64,000 nucleotides of DNA from an uncultured Gilliamella sp. (GCA_946482005.1 CAMLPV010000011.1:7276-71275); one strand, 5' to 3'; numbered from the stretch's first letter, positions 44,501 through 52,770 are shown. Translations and numbers: made by a program. Notes: generated from the sequence alone by a model not told the origin.

Positions 44501-44835
44501 ATGGTTGTAATATGAGAGTCGGTTACGAGTTCTTCTTGGTTGGAAGATATTTGTTCTGTATTTTCAGAGCTATCTATCTCGGCTAAATCTGCACCACACT
44601 CCATGCAAATTAAATCACCAGCATCCATGATATGACCATTAACACAGCGCGCCACAGGATTTTCAGGCAATACATCATTAACCGTTATAACATTCTGGGG
44701 ACGCCACCCAGTCTCACTAATAGTAACAGATGATAAATCCCAACCACAGACATCACCGTTAATAACTCCTTCACAGAAAATCTCATGAAGAGATCGTTCT
44801 GTTTGACAATTAGGACAAAACCGCATCATTGCCAT
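38581..44835 (-). CDS. Zn-ribbon + Ser/Thr kinase-like + DUF4011-like + SF1 (DNA2/Upf1-like) helicase + Vsr/PD-(D/E)xK-like nuclease fusion
   Basis: CPNC/CMEC; HCDLRPNN, YTAPE, SDWWSLG; DTGIDGLYMGFPFL..APLLLWP; GPPGTGKS, DEASQ, GDEKQMPP, HYRS, QGDERD, RLNVAITRA; LDFAI..IGIECD. Confidence 0.85.
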   Translation of the reverse strand: MAMMRFCPNCQTERSLHEIFCEGVINGDVCGWDLSSVTISETGWRPQNVITVNDVLPENPVARCVNGHIMDAGDLICMECGADLAEIDSSENTEQISSNQEELVTDSHITTIDNWQLLQLIGQTDGVRERYLVKRLKDEKRAVLTLYHAGYEPNIDVYEVLRNLPREHVPEIICKGRWNDQAYVVAEELTGGVLADLGMVINDMDTIRHVLTELGQALNAFTAAGLRHCDLRPNNLLVRTKEPLDLVITGFGSARLSEFDLEVTSPLATTFYTAPEVVAGGVSVASDWWSLGIILLEQLTQGKCFEGINTQAFIIQVLANGIDIPTTLDPRLQLLLRGLLTKDHHQRWQWPEVQAWINGEPVETAEIVQPTAQDIDLDKSISLGGKNYYRIKLFALNAANPVNWQEAVELLSRGNLVTWLEQTAYDATNLASIREVMRKQDLTPDMQLMVVLKILNPDIPLILVGDIVTPNWLLQHPSDGYQLITGDIPSILKESEVWLWRLHERANMVRQRALNLQIKLDEEVLKIHLLSASRAQLAAIWSEKSALFPDANNAGLMSLLERRTISEEDLIVLLSAELGQFKSLDTVVKESLSLGKKFNLDMDDNALRTLIVQPRLTLYQQLNERIEGFASTDLDEVDQWVEQYRLEKRMPLTRLLVLLSIGLEKWVKPHKRQYTYQVIDFFHKKATTSILQGPLVRMHLGMYTGRVDINLLGTEITPANKLLDHIVQRNSRQQAIDVAAFQANSLIEYQLNNLYRQSNLYKRDTGIDGLYMGFPFLLYQEPNNYRLPRIAPLLLWPIKLNYDMGVRNRITLAFDNEREEIRVNPALEGMLGKTLYEGWQSVIDELLSRSALTTLEVMDALTALGRVLSQQVQNLPINVDTERGEVCFACSAVLFDVNFLGQSIGEELNRLKKLSPVNTALETALRLKPYQAFAEIPEKPVELERYFSVASDPSQENAVLQARQESGLLIEGPPGTGKSQTIVNMVGDAIGRNKTVLIVCQKKAALEVVYKRLAAEGLDARSIMINDINADRNTVINSIREQLDLLFKSPKRTDWIEKRKQVAAKITDLENRLDSYHEALHQQDPQIWLSYRELIAELIGINKYYKLFAAPQLRSVVSDCNPQQLLALENECAPIVRFWLPACYENSPLIHLKAFSHDLATLEDFKKFFTYFLTVEQLRIDKLSSRARFEIDNPKPYQQWIETEGNHFLTISESIRSRLVKWLPLFKPNANASAELESDLLINQLTLLQERLALLNESSWCDLSLKLCLLESDVLNDLSDKARLMVMPKPWYSFLSIKRYKTKRSLLAFLALQGELPNLESIPKLYNALVLEQEYRPIRQEIQAICAKLQLPVPDNRTNLNIKNIVSEIVTGLQEVKKWAERIMAAPHCEEVEKSVLQSKVAFEHLLNDYNAAFERYESRKTSLEALLPLVSYFEDTLYEYCKTAIEKNEVSSLLLIEINRVLDTLEAYQYFRKRVPQLSAKAIKLFERLRFYQEDLNCLPVTELDKSFRQLLNYEAKQTWKTRIEQDNPVLLTNADEIQQQIESLATADEEIRELNNILFRHNIPVDKLASAREWEDITRLTGQRARRLREFVEQGEPLGLMSLRPIWLMNPDIVSRLLPLKAGLFDVVIFDEASQMPVEYAIPSLYRGKVAIVSGDEKQMPPSSFFSAQVELEEDLDLNLNTELTNEEQQEVLQGQWNSKEIMDCPDLLQLARSVLPTTSLQIHYRSAYRELIDFSNAAFYMNQLNIPVRHPLNTIKQAQPIEYIWANGVYEQQTNPKEANTVVQVVSEIWQQSSSKRPSIGVVTFNKKQADLIEKIFYEKAAQDKTFATIYKEENQRVDNGEDMSIFIKNVENVQGDERDIIVFSTTFGCNEKGIFRRNFGVLGQQGGERRLNVAITRARKKVVLVSSMPIGDISDMLSGKQIPTTPRDYLQCYLAYAKALSEGDFEYSKDLLNRVVGNSQFVIERAETKRQDAFLDDVEAFIQSMGVGYKRQSGNGVFALDFAIEDPATKLYSIGIECDAPINPLLTHARSREIWRQSVLRHAIPNILRISSHNWYENKEQEKKRLKTLVETVLTQEVSQ

Positions 44836-44845
44836 TCTATAATCC

Positions 44846-45493
44846 TTAATACTTTACTTTATCAGTGGTCACCTTTAGCTGGTGCCCCTGCTGCTTTAAA
44901 ATAGTTTGTAATTTTACGAAATCATCACGTTTAGGGATGCCAGCGAACCAAACGACACCTTCTGCATCAAACATTACATCCAACACGTTATCATCGGTTG
45001 TAACTGCTTGTTGATAATAAGCAAATTTTTCTTTTGCTTGTGGTGTAAAACAGTGTAAGCGTTGATTATCACTGCCTCTTAACCTTAAAGTTTGTGAGGC
45101 TTGCCGTTGAAAAGGGTCACTGATTAACACATCGATGTAAGGTTTAATTTGCTGTAATTGATCAGGGATATCTTCAATGCTATACCCTGTATACAATAAA
45201 ATATCGACCTTTGTTTTTTTACGCAACTGAACAACAATGGCTAACAATGCATCAAATTGATCGAATGGCTCTCCTCCAGAGATAGTAATCCCATCCACCA
45301 AAGGTAAGTAAGAAGAAAGTGCCATCATCAATTGATCAATCGGAATTAACGTTTTTGCTGTTGCCCAAGTATCAACTGAAATACAGCCCTCACATCGTAA
45401 ACTACAGCCTTGAAACCAAATACCTAGTCGCCTACCCGGCCCTAGTGTTGTCACAGGAAAATGAACGCGCGATATACCAACTTTTAACACCAT
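44846..45493 (-). CDS. Radical SAM protein, NrdG/GRE-activase-like
   Basis: LGPGRRLGIWFQGCSLRCEGC, GITISGGEPF, RGSDNQ. Confidence 0.88.
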   Translation of the reverse strand: MVLKVGISRVHFPVTTLGPGRRLGIWFQGCSLRCEGCISVDTWATAKTLIPIDQLMMALSSYLPLVDGITISGGEPFDQFDALLAIVVQLRKKTKVDILLYTGYSIEDIPDQLQQIKPYIDVLISDPFQRQASQTLRLRGSDNQRLHCFTPQAKEKFAYYQQAVTTDDNVLDVMFDAEGVVWFAGIPKRDDFVKLQTILKQQGHQLKVTTDKVKY

Positions 45494-47314
45494 TTACTCC
45501 AAGGTTAATTTTCCCACTTGTAACTGAGTAACCTCCAATGCTTGACCTGCTTGAGGGTTTAACTTAAACAACTCACGAGCCAATGGATTTAATAAATGAG
45601 CCTCAATCTGATTACGTATTCCTCGACCGCCATTTGATAGATCAGCTAAAGCAATCTTCTTCAAACTTTGTAATGCCTCTGGAGTAAAAGATAAAATCAC
45701 CCCTTGTGTTTGTAAATCTTCAATCACACCATCAATCATTTGTTGGAATATCTGTTCTGCTACATCAGGGCGAATAAAGTCAAATACAATGATATTTTCG
45801 CCTATTCGATTTAAGATTTCCGGGCGATTTAAGACAAATTTAAAATGCCGCTCAATTTCATTTTTAACTTTTTCTTGAACATTATCAAATTGGTCATGTG
45901 CAGAAACGTTAGCAATACGCTCTCCTGTTTCGCTCAGTTTATAAATTCCAAGATTGGATGTAAAAATAATGAGTGCCTCGGAAAAATAAACACGCTCACC
46001 TCGCCCTGATGTAAGAACACCATCATCTAAAATCTGCAAAAATTTGTCCATAACACGAGGATGGGCCTTTTCAATCTCATCAAATAATACAACGCTAAAC
46101 GGTTTTTCACGTATTGCATTAGTTAGCTCTCCCCCTACATCATATCCCACATAACCGGGGGGTGAACCAATTAAGCGCTGATCTGAAAATTCTGAACTAA
46201 ACTCAGACATATCAAAGCGAATATAAGCGCTTTCATCATTAAAGAGTAAACTGGTAATTGTCTTGGCAAGCTCTGTCTTACCTACACCTGTTGGACCTGC
46301 TAAAAAAACTACTCCGCGAGGTCTATTACCTTTTCGGTTAGTACCAACTCCCGTAATCGCACGTTTTATAATATCTAGCATATGGACAACCGCATGATTT
46401 TGTCCTTTAACTCGTTGATATACAAAGCCATCGGCTTGTACTATTTTTTCACGATCAATTTTCTGCCAAGGGTCTTCTGTTACACCTACTTTATAACGCC
46501 TTACGGCATCAGTAATGTCATTAATGGTCAGTTTTTCAACTCTTGCCAATGTGGTAATAGCATTCATATCTAGCAGTAACATACCCTCTGTACTATTAAC
46601 AAAGGTTGATTCCGCTTTCGCCAGCAACTCTGGGCTTGTTTGTTGCGAACCTGGAATACCTTTTATTAATGCAGAGGCTAATGCTCGACGAGAGGCGCTG
46701 TCTGGCTTAGAAACTGGAATATGTCGAATTCGGGGATTATTCATTAGTAACCAGTCAGGTAAATCGCCCTCTTTTTCTACCAACCAGAGTACAGTATTAA
46801 AAAATGGGGTACGATTTGCACCAGCAGGTCTTGTATTGACTTGATGAGAAAGGACTAATGCACGCGTAAACAGTTGATGCTCTGCTGCACTCAGATTGTC
46901 AGCTCGAATGGTCAACTGTGAGGCAAAATCAATAATCAATGCAATAGGCTCGTCATTAAGATTAACAAACTTTTCTAAAGCATTTCCTAATAAATCAATG
47001 CCTGCAACAGCCTTTCCATTTTCTGGAGTTAACCCTATTTGTTCTAATAATTTATCAATATCAACTGCGGGTAAATCAGGCGTTTGTAAACCATAGAACC
47101 CTGATAAAGGATTCCAAATAAGTACTTGACTATACCCTACATTGCGCAGAGCACGATATAATGTTAACTCAAATGTTTGTGGTGTGATAACTTGAGGAGC
47201 TACTTCACACGCTTGTAAATCCCTAATATTACCCGACAGAACAAATTGACTTTTTAAAGGTAAAAACCTAACTAAATCACGCATCCAACGTGGCTTATTA
47301 AACTGATAAGTCAT
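45494..47314 (-). CDS. ClpB/ClpA-D2-like AAA+ ATPase with degenerate N-terminal AAA module
   Basis: GPTGVGKTELAK, FDMSEF, GSPPGYVGY, FDEIEKAH, FTSNLG, RPEILNR, GGR; RBS AAGGA before ATG 47314. Confidence 0.88.
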   Translation of the reverse strand: MTYQFNKPRWMRDLVRFLPLKSQFVLSGNIRDLQACEVAPQVITPQTFELTLYRALRNVGYSQVLIWNPLSGFYGLQTPDLPAVDIDKLLEQIGLTPENGKAVAGIDLLGNALEKFVNLNDEPIALIIDFASQLTIRADNLSAAEHQLFTRALVLSHQVNTRPAGANRTPFFNTVLWLVEKEGDLPDWLLMNNPRIRHIPVSKPDSASRRALASALIKGIPGSQQTSPELLAKAESTFVNSTEGMLLLDMNAITTLARVEKLTINDITDAVRRYKVGVTEDPWQKIDREKIVQADGFVYQRVKGQNHAVVHMLDIIKRAITGVGTNRKGNRPRGVVFLAGPTGVGKTELAKTITSLLFNDESAYIRFDMSEFSSEFSDQRLIGSPPGYVGYDVGGELTNAIREKPFSVVLFDEIEKAHPRVMDKFLQILDDGVLTSGRGERVYFSEALIIFTSNLGIYKLSETGERIANVSAHDQFDNVQEKVKNEIERHFKFVLNRPEILNRIGENIIVFDFIRPDVAEQIFQQMIDGVIEDLQTQGVILSFTPEALQSLKKIALADLSNGGRGIRNQIEAHLLNPLARELFKLNPQAGQALEVTQLQVGKLTLE

Positions 47315-47968
47315 GTACAAAATCCTTTAATAACACACCCTCAATAATCTAAATCGTCTATTATATAGAAACATATTGATATAACTAGCATTTCTTTAAA
47401 AGATTAATGATATTTATCATACTAAATTATTTAGCTTCCGACCCTTTTTATTGAGTTGAACACAAAAGAACTATTACTGACAATCAGTCAATGGCTCCTA
47501 ATCATTTTACCTAAAATTATTTATTTTTTGCTTTAAGAACCTTACCTATCCCTAAAGCATACCGATTATCAAGTTTCATAAATCATAGGTACACATCGGT
47601 TTTAAACAAATAGTCTATGGTCCAATCAATCTTATCGGTTTCATTGCAATGCACCATTCCCAAATAATAGTAATTGTAATTTGCTTTTTGTTATTGCAAG
47701 TCGTACGAGTTATGCAGAGCTAAGTAATAAAGAGGTATTTATACTGCATTTAAATGACCAAAATATTGAAGTTATTTTAGCTCACCATGGAATAGAATCT
47801 ACTGACTTATATCCTATCCATTTTTCTTATAATCTTGTGTCAATGACGCCAACTTGTTTACCAAATACCAATAAGTTTACTTATATCTGTTTGGGTTAGA
47901 TTTTTTTAATTCGATAATTGGGAAATTTATTGGTTGATATTTTGCTGGCTGTGAGCTTGATATATAAC

Positions 47969-48035
47969 CGCTATAACAGATAAAACTAAAATATACGCTA
48001 TAACAAATAAATCTAATCGATACGTTATAGCGTAT
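47969..48035. promoter_or_regulatory. 27-bp-period repeat with a 12-bp inverted repeat, operator-like
   Basis: cgctataaca at 47969 and 47996, cgttatagcg at 48023; atacgctataac..gttatagcgtat. Confidence 0.5.
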
Positions 48036-48169
48036 CAAGTCAATTGAGTTCAATCTCTAATGTGGAAAAATAAAAAAATTTTCTGCTATCCTACAAATAG
48101 ATTCCTTACCTCTATTTTTATGCCACTATAATTATCTGTAACAAACCGCAGGATTTAGCAAATAGTATA

Positions 48170-48631
48170 CTAAATTTGTCCACTGCACTTTTGCCATTCC
48201 AGCGTGGCATCAATTTCAACACCGCCAGAGCGTACTGGCTCTACTGAAGACAGAAAGAGACGGTCACCATCGATACGTGCTCGGCGAAGCTGGCGTTGAC
48301 CGCACCAGTTTGGGAAAAGCGACACATCCATGCCGTGAATGATTGTTCCGGGCTCCTCGCCCAGTTTCCATGGACCACTATAGGCGATATATGTGGTTGC
48401 TTCCTCCTTGAACTCCTCAGGAGAAGCGACAAACCAGTCTCCCGATACAAAATGAGAGCGATCAGGAGCACAAAGTTGTGCCGACATGTAGCCATCTGGT
48501 GTGTAAAGGATCAATCCTTGGGGGCGATCGGTCATAGGTTGGCGTATTGGAGATCCGTCTCGCGGTCGTTCTATGTAGCTTACAAGGCGCCAAGCCCCGA
48601 TTAATTGTTCACGAAGAATATGAGTCATCAA
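48170..48631 (-). CDS. Lipocalin-like domain protein
   Basis: LIGAWRLVS, GLILYTPDGYMSA, YIAYSG, SLFPNW.G..Q.R. Confidence 0.8.
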   Translation of the reverse strand: MMTHILREQLIGAWRLVSYIERPRDGSPIRQPMTDRPQGLILYTPDGYMSAQLCAPDRSHFVSGDWFVASPEEFKEEATTYIAYSGPWKLGEEPGTIIHGMDVSLFPNWCGQRQLRRARIDGDRLFLSSVEPVRSGGVEIDATLEWQKCSGQI

Positions 48632-48676
48632 AAATTTCCTCTTTTTTAAGCATAAAGCCGGTCAGTATTGGTCGAT

Positions 48677-50701
48677 TTAAAGTTTCTTCAACGGCACAAG
48701 GAGATAACTATCACACTCAGCACCAAAATGGATATGATGAACGCCCTTGTTACGTGACGGTGGCATCACTTCTTGAGACTTGGCCCATGCTGGCATCGTT
48801 GCTGGTCCACCGCCTGCCAGATGGATCATCTCTGGCTCCGTACCTGGTTCAAACGTAAAGCTGTTCTTTGGCAGATCAATCGCCGCCTGTCCGAAAGGTA
48901 AGTTAACAGGATCATTACGGAAAGGTTCAATCGTAAGTTTTAACTGTTCACCTGGATGAAACTTCATTGCCAACGGCCAGATGCCTATATCAACAGGAAC
49001 CACTTCTTTAGGTGAAAGTCGCTGTTCACCTTGTAGAAGAAGTACAGGGTCTATCTCAGTTGAAAGGGCAGGATCTAGAGCTCGACGTGAAACCCTCAGA
49101 TAACTTGCCGTTCTGGTAGGTGCCGCGCCACCGGGATATGTCTCGCGAATAATGGCTCGCCCCGCAGAATCCACTTTCTCTAAATAAATAGTAAGATCCA
49201 TGTCATCAGCCCCATCGGCTTCGACAAATAAACGCAGCTTGCTATAGCCAATAAGCTCCGCCTCATGATCAATCGGCAATAAGAATGTAGCTGAACCACC
49301 ATTCACATTGTAAGAAACGACACCCGATTTCTTGGATGACGTGGTTGACAGTGAAGAGGCATCAACTATATGCAGTTTGATATGCTCATAACCATTTGGA
49401 GGAAACGCCTCGACAATACGATCAACCTCATCCTTGTGCCCGGGATCGAGAACCGAGATACGAACTTTTGGGGTTTCTTCCCATCCATTTTTCTCGCCTT
49501 TCAGATATCGATCGAAAAAGCGTTTAAGCTCAGCCTGATGAGCGGGATCATAGAAATCCGGCCACTCTTGCTTATTATGAACACGTAGCCATTTCTCTTT
49601 GGATGAAATTCTGCGCCACGCGTCAAACGTTCCATATGTATGAGCGACATTATCGTAGCTAGCAACGATATAGGCTGGGACTTCAATGCGCTCAAGGCGC
49701 GCAGCTTTATCTGCCCAGTAAGGCGTCATATCCTGTTCAGTCGCAGCCATACGCGGCATATCTTCCAAAAAGTGCTCACCACCAAAGCTTTGGATTAGCG
49801 CTTCTGGGAATGCAGTGCGAGGAATGCCACCACGAAGAAAATCACCGCGGGCAATATCGGTGCAACCCTCCCATGGCGCTATGGCAGCTAAGTGCGGTGG
49901 TTGTTCTGCTGCGATAAACCACTGCGAAACACACAGCCAGCTATTACCTGCCATACCTACTTTACCATTAGACCAACCTTGACTTGCCACCCAGTCAATT
50001 ACGTCACAGCCGTCTTCGGCTGTCTGCCGACCCCAGCCGACAATATTTCCACCAGAACGATAGGCACCACGAATATCGGGATTGATCACGGCGTAACCAG
50101 CATTGACCCAGTAAGCTGGATCAGGGCCTTCCCATTTCATCATTTCAGACGTCATACTTAATTTGACGCCATAACGTTCTGGAATTTCATCCAGCCATTG
50201 GCCACCAATCTCTTTGCCATATGGACTCCAAGCGAGAATTGCTGGATGGACAGCATAGCCGACAGGACGGAAAACATCCGTATAGATCACTGTACCATCA
50301 CGTAGGGTGATCGCGAGATCGCGCTCAAACATAATGTCGCAGGGTAACGGCATCGCACCCTTACGTCGAATGGTTCCTTTACGCAGAATTTCCGATCCGG
50401 GCTTGAATCCGGGATAACGCACTCGTGGTGCATCCAAAGGTAATGGACGACGGAAGTAAGTCGGATAAGCATCGTTGCCATAGATACGAAGAGGCAGCTT
50501 TTCGGAAAAAGGAACCTCATTTTTTGATGACGCTGCAAACGCCGAGTTAATTGGCTTTCCGATGAATGGCAAACCGAACTGACTGGCGGCAAGAGCCCCG
50601 CCAGCGATCCCCATTGCACTCAGGAAGCGTCGTCGGCTTATGGACTCGGTAGTATTGATGCAAGGTAGATGTATGGTCGGAGACTGTTTTGATTTAGTCA
50701 T
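48677..50701 (-). CDS. CocE/NonD-family serine hydrolase with Tat signal
   Basis: SRRRFL twin-arginine; LRDGT..DVFRP, WSPYGK, WSNGKVGMAGNSW, LAAIAPWEG. Confidence 0.88.
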   Translation of the reverse strand: MTKSKQSPTIHLPCINTTESISRRRFLSAMGIAGGALAASQFGLPFIGKPINSAFAASSKNEVPFSEKLPLRIYGNDAYPTYFRRPLPLDAPRVRYPGFKPGSEILRKGTIRRKGAMPLPCDIMFERDLAITLRDGTVIYTDVFRPVGYAVHPAILAWSPYGKEIGGQWLDEIPERYGVKLSMTSEMMKWEGPDPAYWVNAGYAVINPDIRGAYRSGGNIVGWGRQTAEDGCDVIDWVASQGWSNGKVGMAGNSWLCVSQWFIAAEQPPHLAAIAPWEGCTDIARGDFLRGGIPRTAFPEALIQSFGGEHFLEDMPRMAATEQDMTPYWADKAARLERIEVPAYIVASYDNVAHTYGTFDAWRRISSKEKWLRVHNKQEWPDFYDPAHQAELKRFFDRYLKGEKNGWEETPKVRISVLDPGHKDEVDRIVEAFPPNGYEHIKLHIVDASSLSTTSSKKSGVVSYNVNGGSATFLLPIDHEAELIGYSKLRLFVEADGADDMDLTIYLEKVDSAGRAIIRETYPGGAAPTRTASYLRVSRRALDPALSTEIDPVLLLQGEQRLSPKEVVPVDIGIWPLAMKFHPGEQLKLTIEPFRNDPVNLPFGQAAIDLPKNSFTFEPGTEPEMIHLAGGGPATMPAWAKSQEVMPPSRNKGVHHIHFGAECDSYLLVPLKKL

Positions 50702-50804
50702 AGCAGATCCTCTCTTTGGTTTCGGTTATTGTTGACAATAATAAAATTCGGTACTTATAATGTCCAATGACATTATGTTCCCCCTGTAATTCCAAGAGGT
50801 AATA

Positions 50805-51713
50805 ATGGAACTCCGCCATCTGAAATCTTTCGTCGTACTGGCAGAGGAGCTGCATTTTGGAAGAGCGGCGAAGCGTCTGCACATCGTCCAGTCGGCACTG
50901 AGCAAGCAAATGCTGCTCCTTGAGGAATCCGTAGGATGCCGCTTACTCAATCGTAATCGTCGAGGTGTGACGCTTAGCGAAGCGGGAAAGGTATTCCTTG
51001 AAGAGGCAAATCAAGCTCTTGAACATGTTGAGCGCGCGATCGAAAGTGCGTGGCGTGTTAGCAAGGGGCTTTTGGGACGCATACGGATCGGCTATTCAGC
51101 CATCGCAGTTCATTCCGGTATTTTGACATCAGCCCTCACGCGGATCGAACACGCCATGCCTGAGGTCGAAGTACTGCTACAACAAATTGAACCATGGGAA
51201 CAGAATGAAAAGCTTATGACCGATAAGGTTGACTTCGTATTCGCTCCTGTTCTAGATAACTATCAACAGACACTTCAAGTGCACCATCTTGCAAAATTGC
51301 CGGTAGTCGTGGGTATGTCGGTTCATCATGTACTTGCTTCCAAATCCGTAATTGAACTTGAAGACCTCAAGGATGAAGTATTTATCGAATTTGCCAATAG
51401 TGACGGTGAGGCTCTTGATGTAGTGAAAAATCTTATTGGTCTTCATCCCCAAACAGTCATCGCAAAATCCGACCCGATCGCAGTCCTAGCACTTGTTCAA
51501 GCTCAGCATGGCATCTGTGTATTACCTACAGTACTTCAGCTACCTAATTTTCCACAGGTCACCTATAAACCTCTTACAACGAACTGCACGGTTCTGCTGT
51601 CACTTATCAGCCGACGAGATGGAGATGATCCTTTACTTAACAAGCTCAAGGAGATCTTGATCGCGCCAACTATTTTAGCTCAAGATCATCCCAGATCGGT
51701 ATTGGTCAAGTAA
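50805..51713 (+). CDS. LysR-family regulator, divergent from the hydrolase
   Basis: MELRHLKSFVVLAEELHFGRAA..QSALS. Confidence 0.93.
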   Translation: MELRHLKSFVVLAEELHFGRAAKRLHIVQSALSKQMLLLEESVGCRLLNRNRRGVTLSEAGKVFLEEANQALEHVERAIESAWRVSKGLLGRIRIGYSAIAVHSGILTSALTRIEHAMPEVEVLLQQIEPWEQNEKLMTDKVDFVFAPVLDNYQQTLQVHHLAKLPVVVGMSVHHVLASKSVIELEDLKDEVFIEFANSDGEALDVVKNLIGLHPQTVIAKSDPIAVLALVQAQHGICVLPTVLQLPNFPQVTYKPLTTNCTVLLSLISRRDGDDPLLNKLKEILIAPTILAQDHPRSVLVK

Positions 51714-52160
51714 ATTAGAATACACACTTAGCGTTTTTCCAAAAAAAGTGTTTCTGATTGAGTGGATGTTAATCCTCTATTGTATTAATGAGGCTTGACT
51801 CGAGTTAATAAAGACAATTCTCTCATTATGAGATAATAGAAGGCATCTGTATTAAAATTTAATTATGATTTTTTGTATACTATCTTTAATAGGGAATACT
51901 TTTACTACTTAACAATTAATAATTTATCCCAACGCGCGGTATAATGTAGGTTTAGTAACTCACGTTTAATCAGCCAAGAGGTTTGCTATCTAACACAAAT
52001 TTTTTGGCTGACTTTAATTGATAACGATATTCTTTTGAAAAAAAAAGATCATATTTAAACATCCACCGAAAAATACTCAAACAATTTTGTATTTTTCATT
52101 AAATACGATAATTTCATTGTCGAAAATTCAACGCATTAATAAATATTAAAAGAATTATTC

Positions 52161-52770
52161 ATGGCAAAGCTCTTTTCATTGAGAAACGGATAACTTTACC
52201 TGTGAAAAATAAATAATACAGACGGTTATGATAATAGTCTCAAACTTTGACTTGGCGTTAGGAAATTAGGGACTCAATCTTGGACATTTCTATTTAATTT
52301 TGAAAAATAAAACATAGTATAGGACTTATTGCTACACATACTATTTCTTTGTAAGAAGTCAGTAAACAAATACACAACAATCAAAATTGTTAAGAGAAAA
52401 AGTTTATTCACTGTATAAATGTCAGCAAACTGTTATTCAGACAAAAATAGCAACAGAAAGTCGAAAAATTTCTTCTAATGGACACTCGTCAATATATTAA
52501 ATATAATCAAGCGGTTGGAATAATGCAAAACATAAAAATAGAGGATAACGACAATTGAAAACTATGTATATTCACATATAGGTCATATATCGAGTGCTGT
52601 AACACCAAAATGATTGTTGTTCTATTTAGGTGGACAAAGCTTAAATCGTTAATTGATTAAGCTGTGGTATATAAACCTAGCTTGATTATACAAAAGTACA
52701 ATGTTTTCGTTAAAGCGATAATCCAGTTATTTGGCAAGATCATCCAGATAAGATTTTACTTGTACGAAGT
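52161..52770 (+). pseudogene. Second, heavily degraded P4-like integrase relic (end approximate)
   Basis: Upstream DNA and 5' part align by eye with 29787-30222; residual GWNNAKH, YVY.HIG and DNP fragments. Confidence 0.75.

Noticed and set aside
44846-45493. Calling the radical SAM gene nrdG or a viperin
   Set aside because: No nrdD adjacent and the context is accessory; motifs are activase-like, not viperin-like.
47400-47950. ORF 47681-47899 and possible HipA-like or other gene fragments
   Set aside because: No convincing motif by eye; needs blastx.
48046-48058. gagttcaatctct as a degenerate attR copy of the tRNA T-arm (gagttcgaatctct)
   Set aside because: Only 13 nt with an indel, and the acceptor-side GCGCTTCCGCCA is absent; may be chance.
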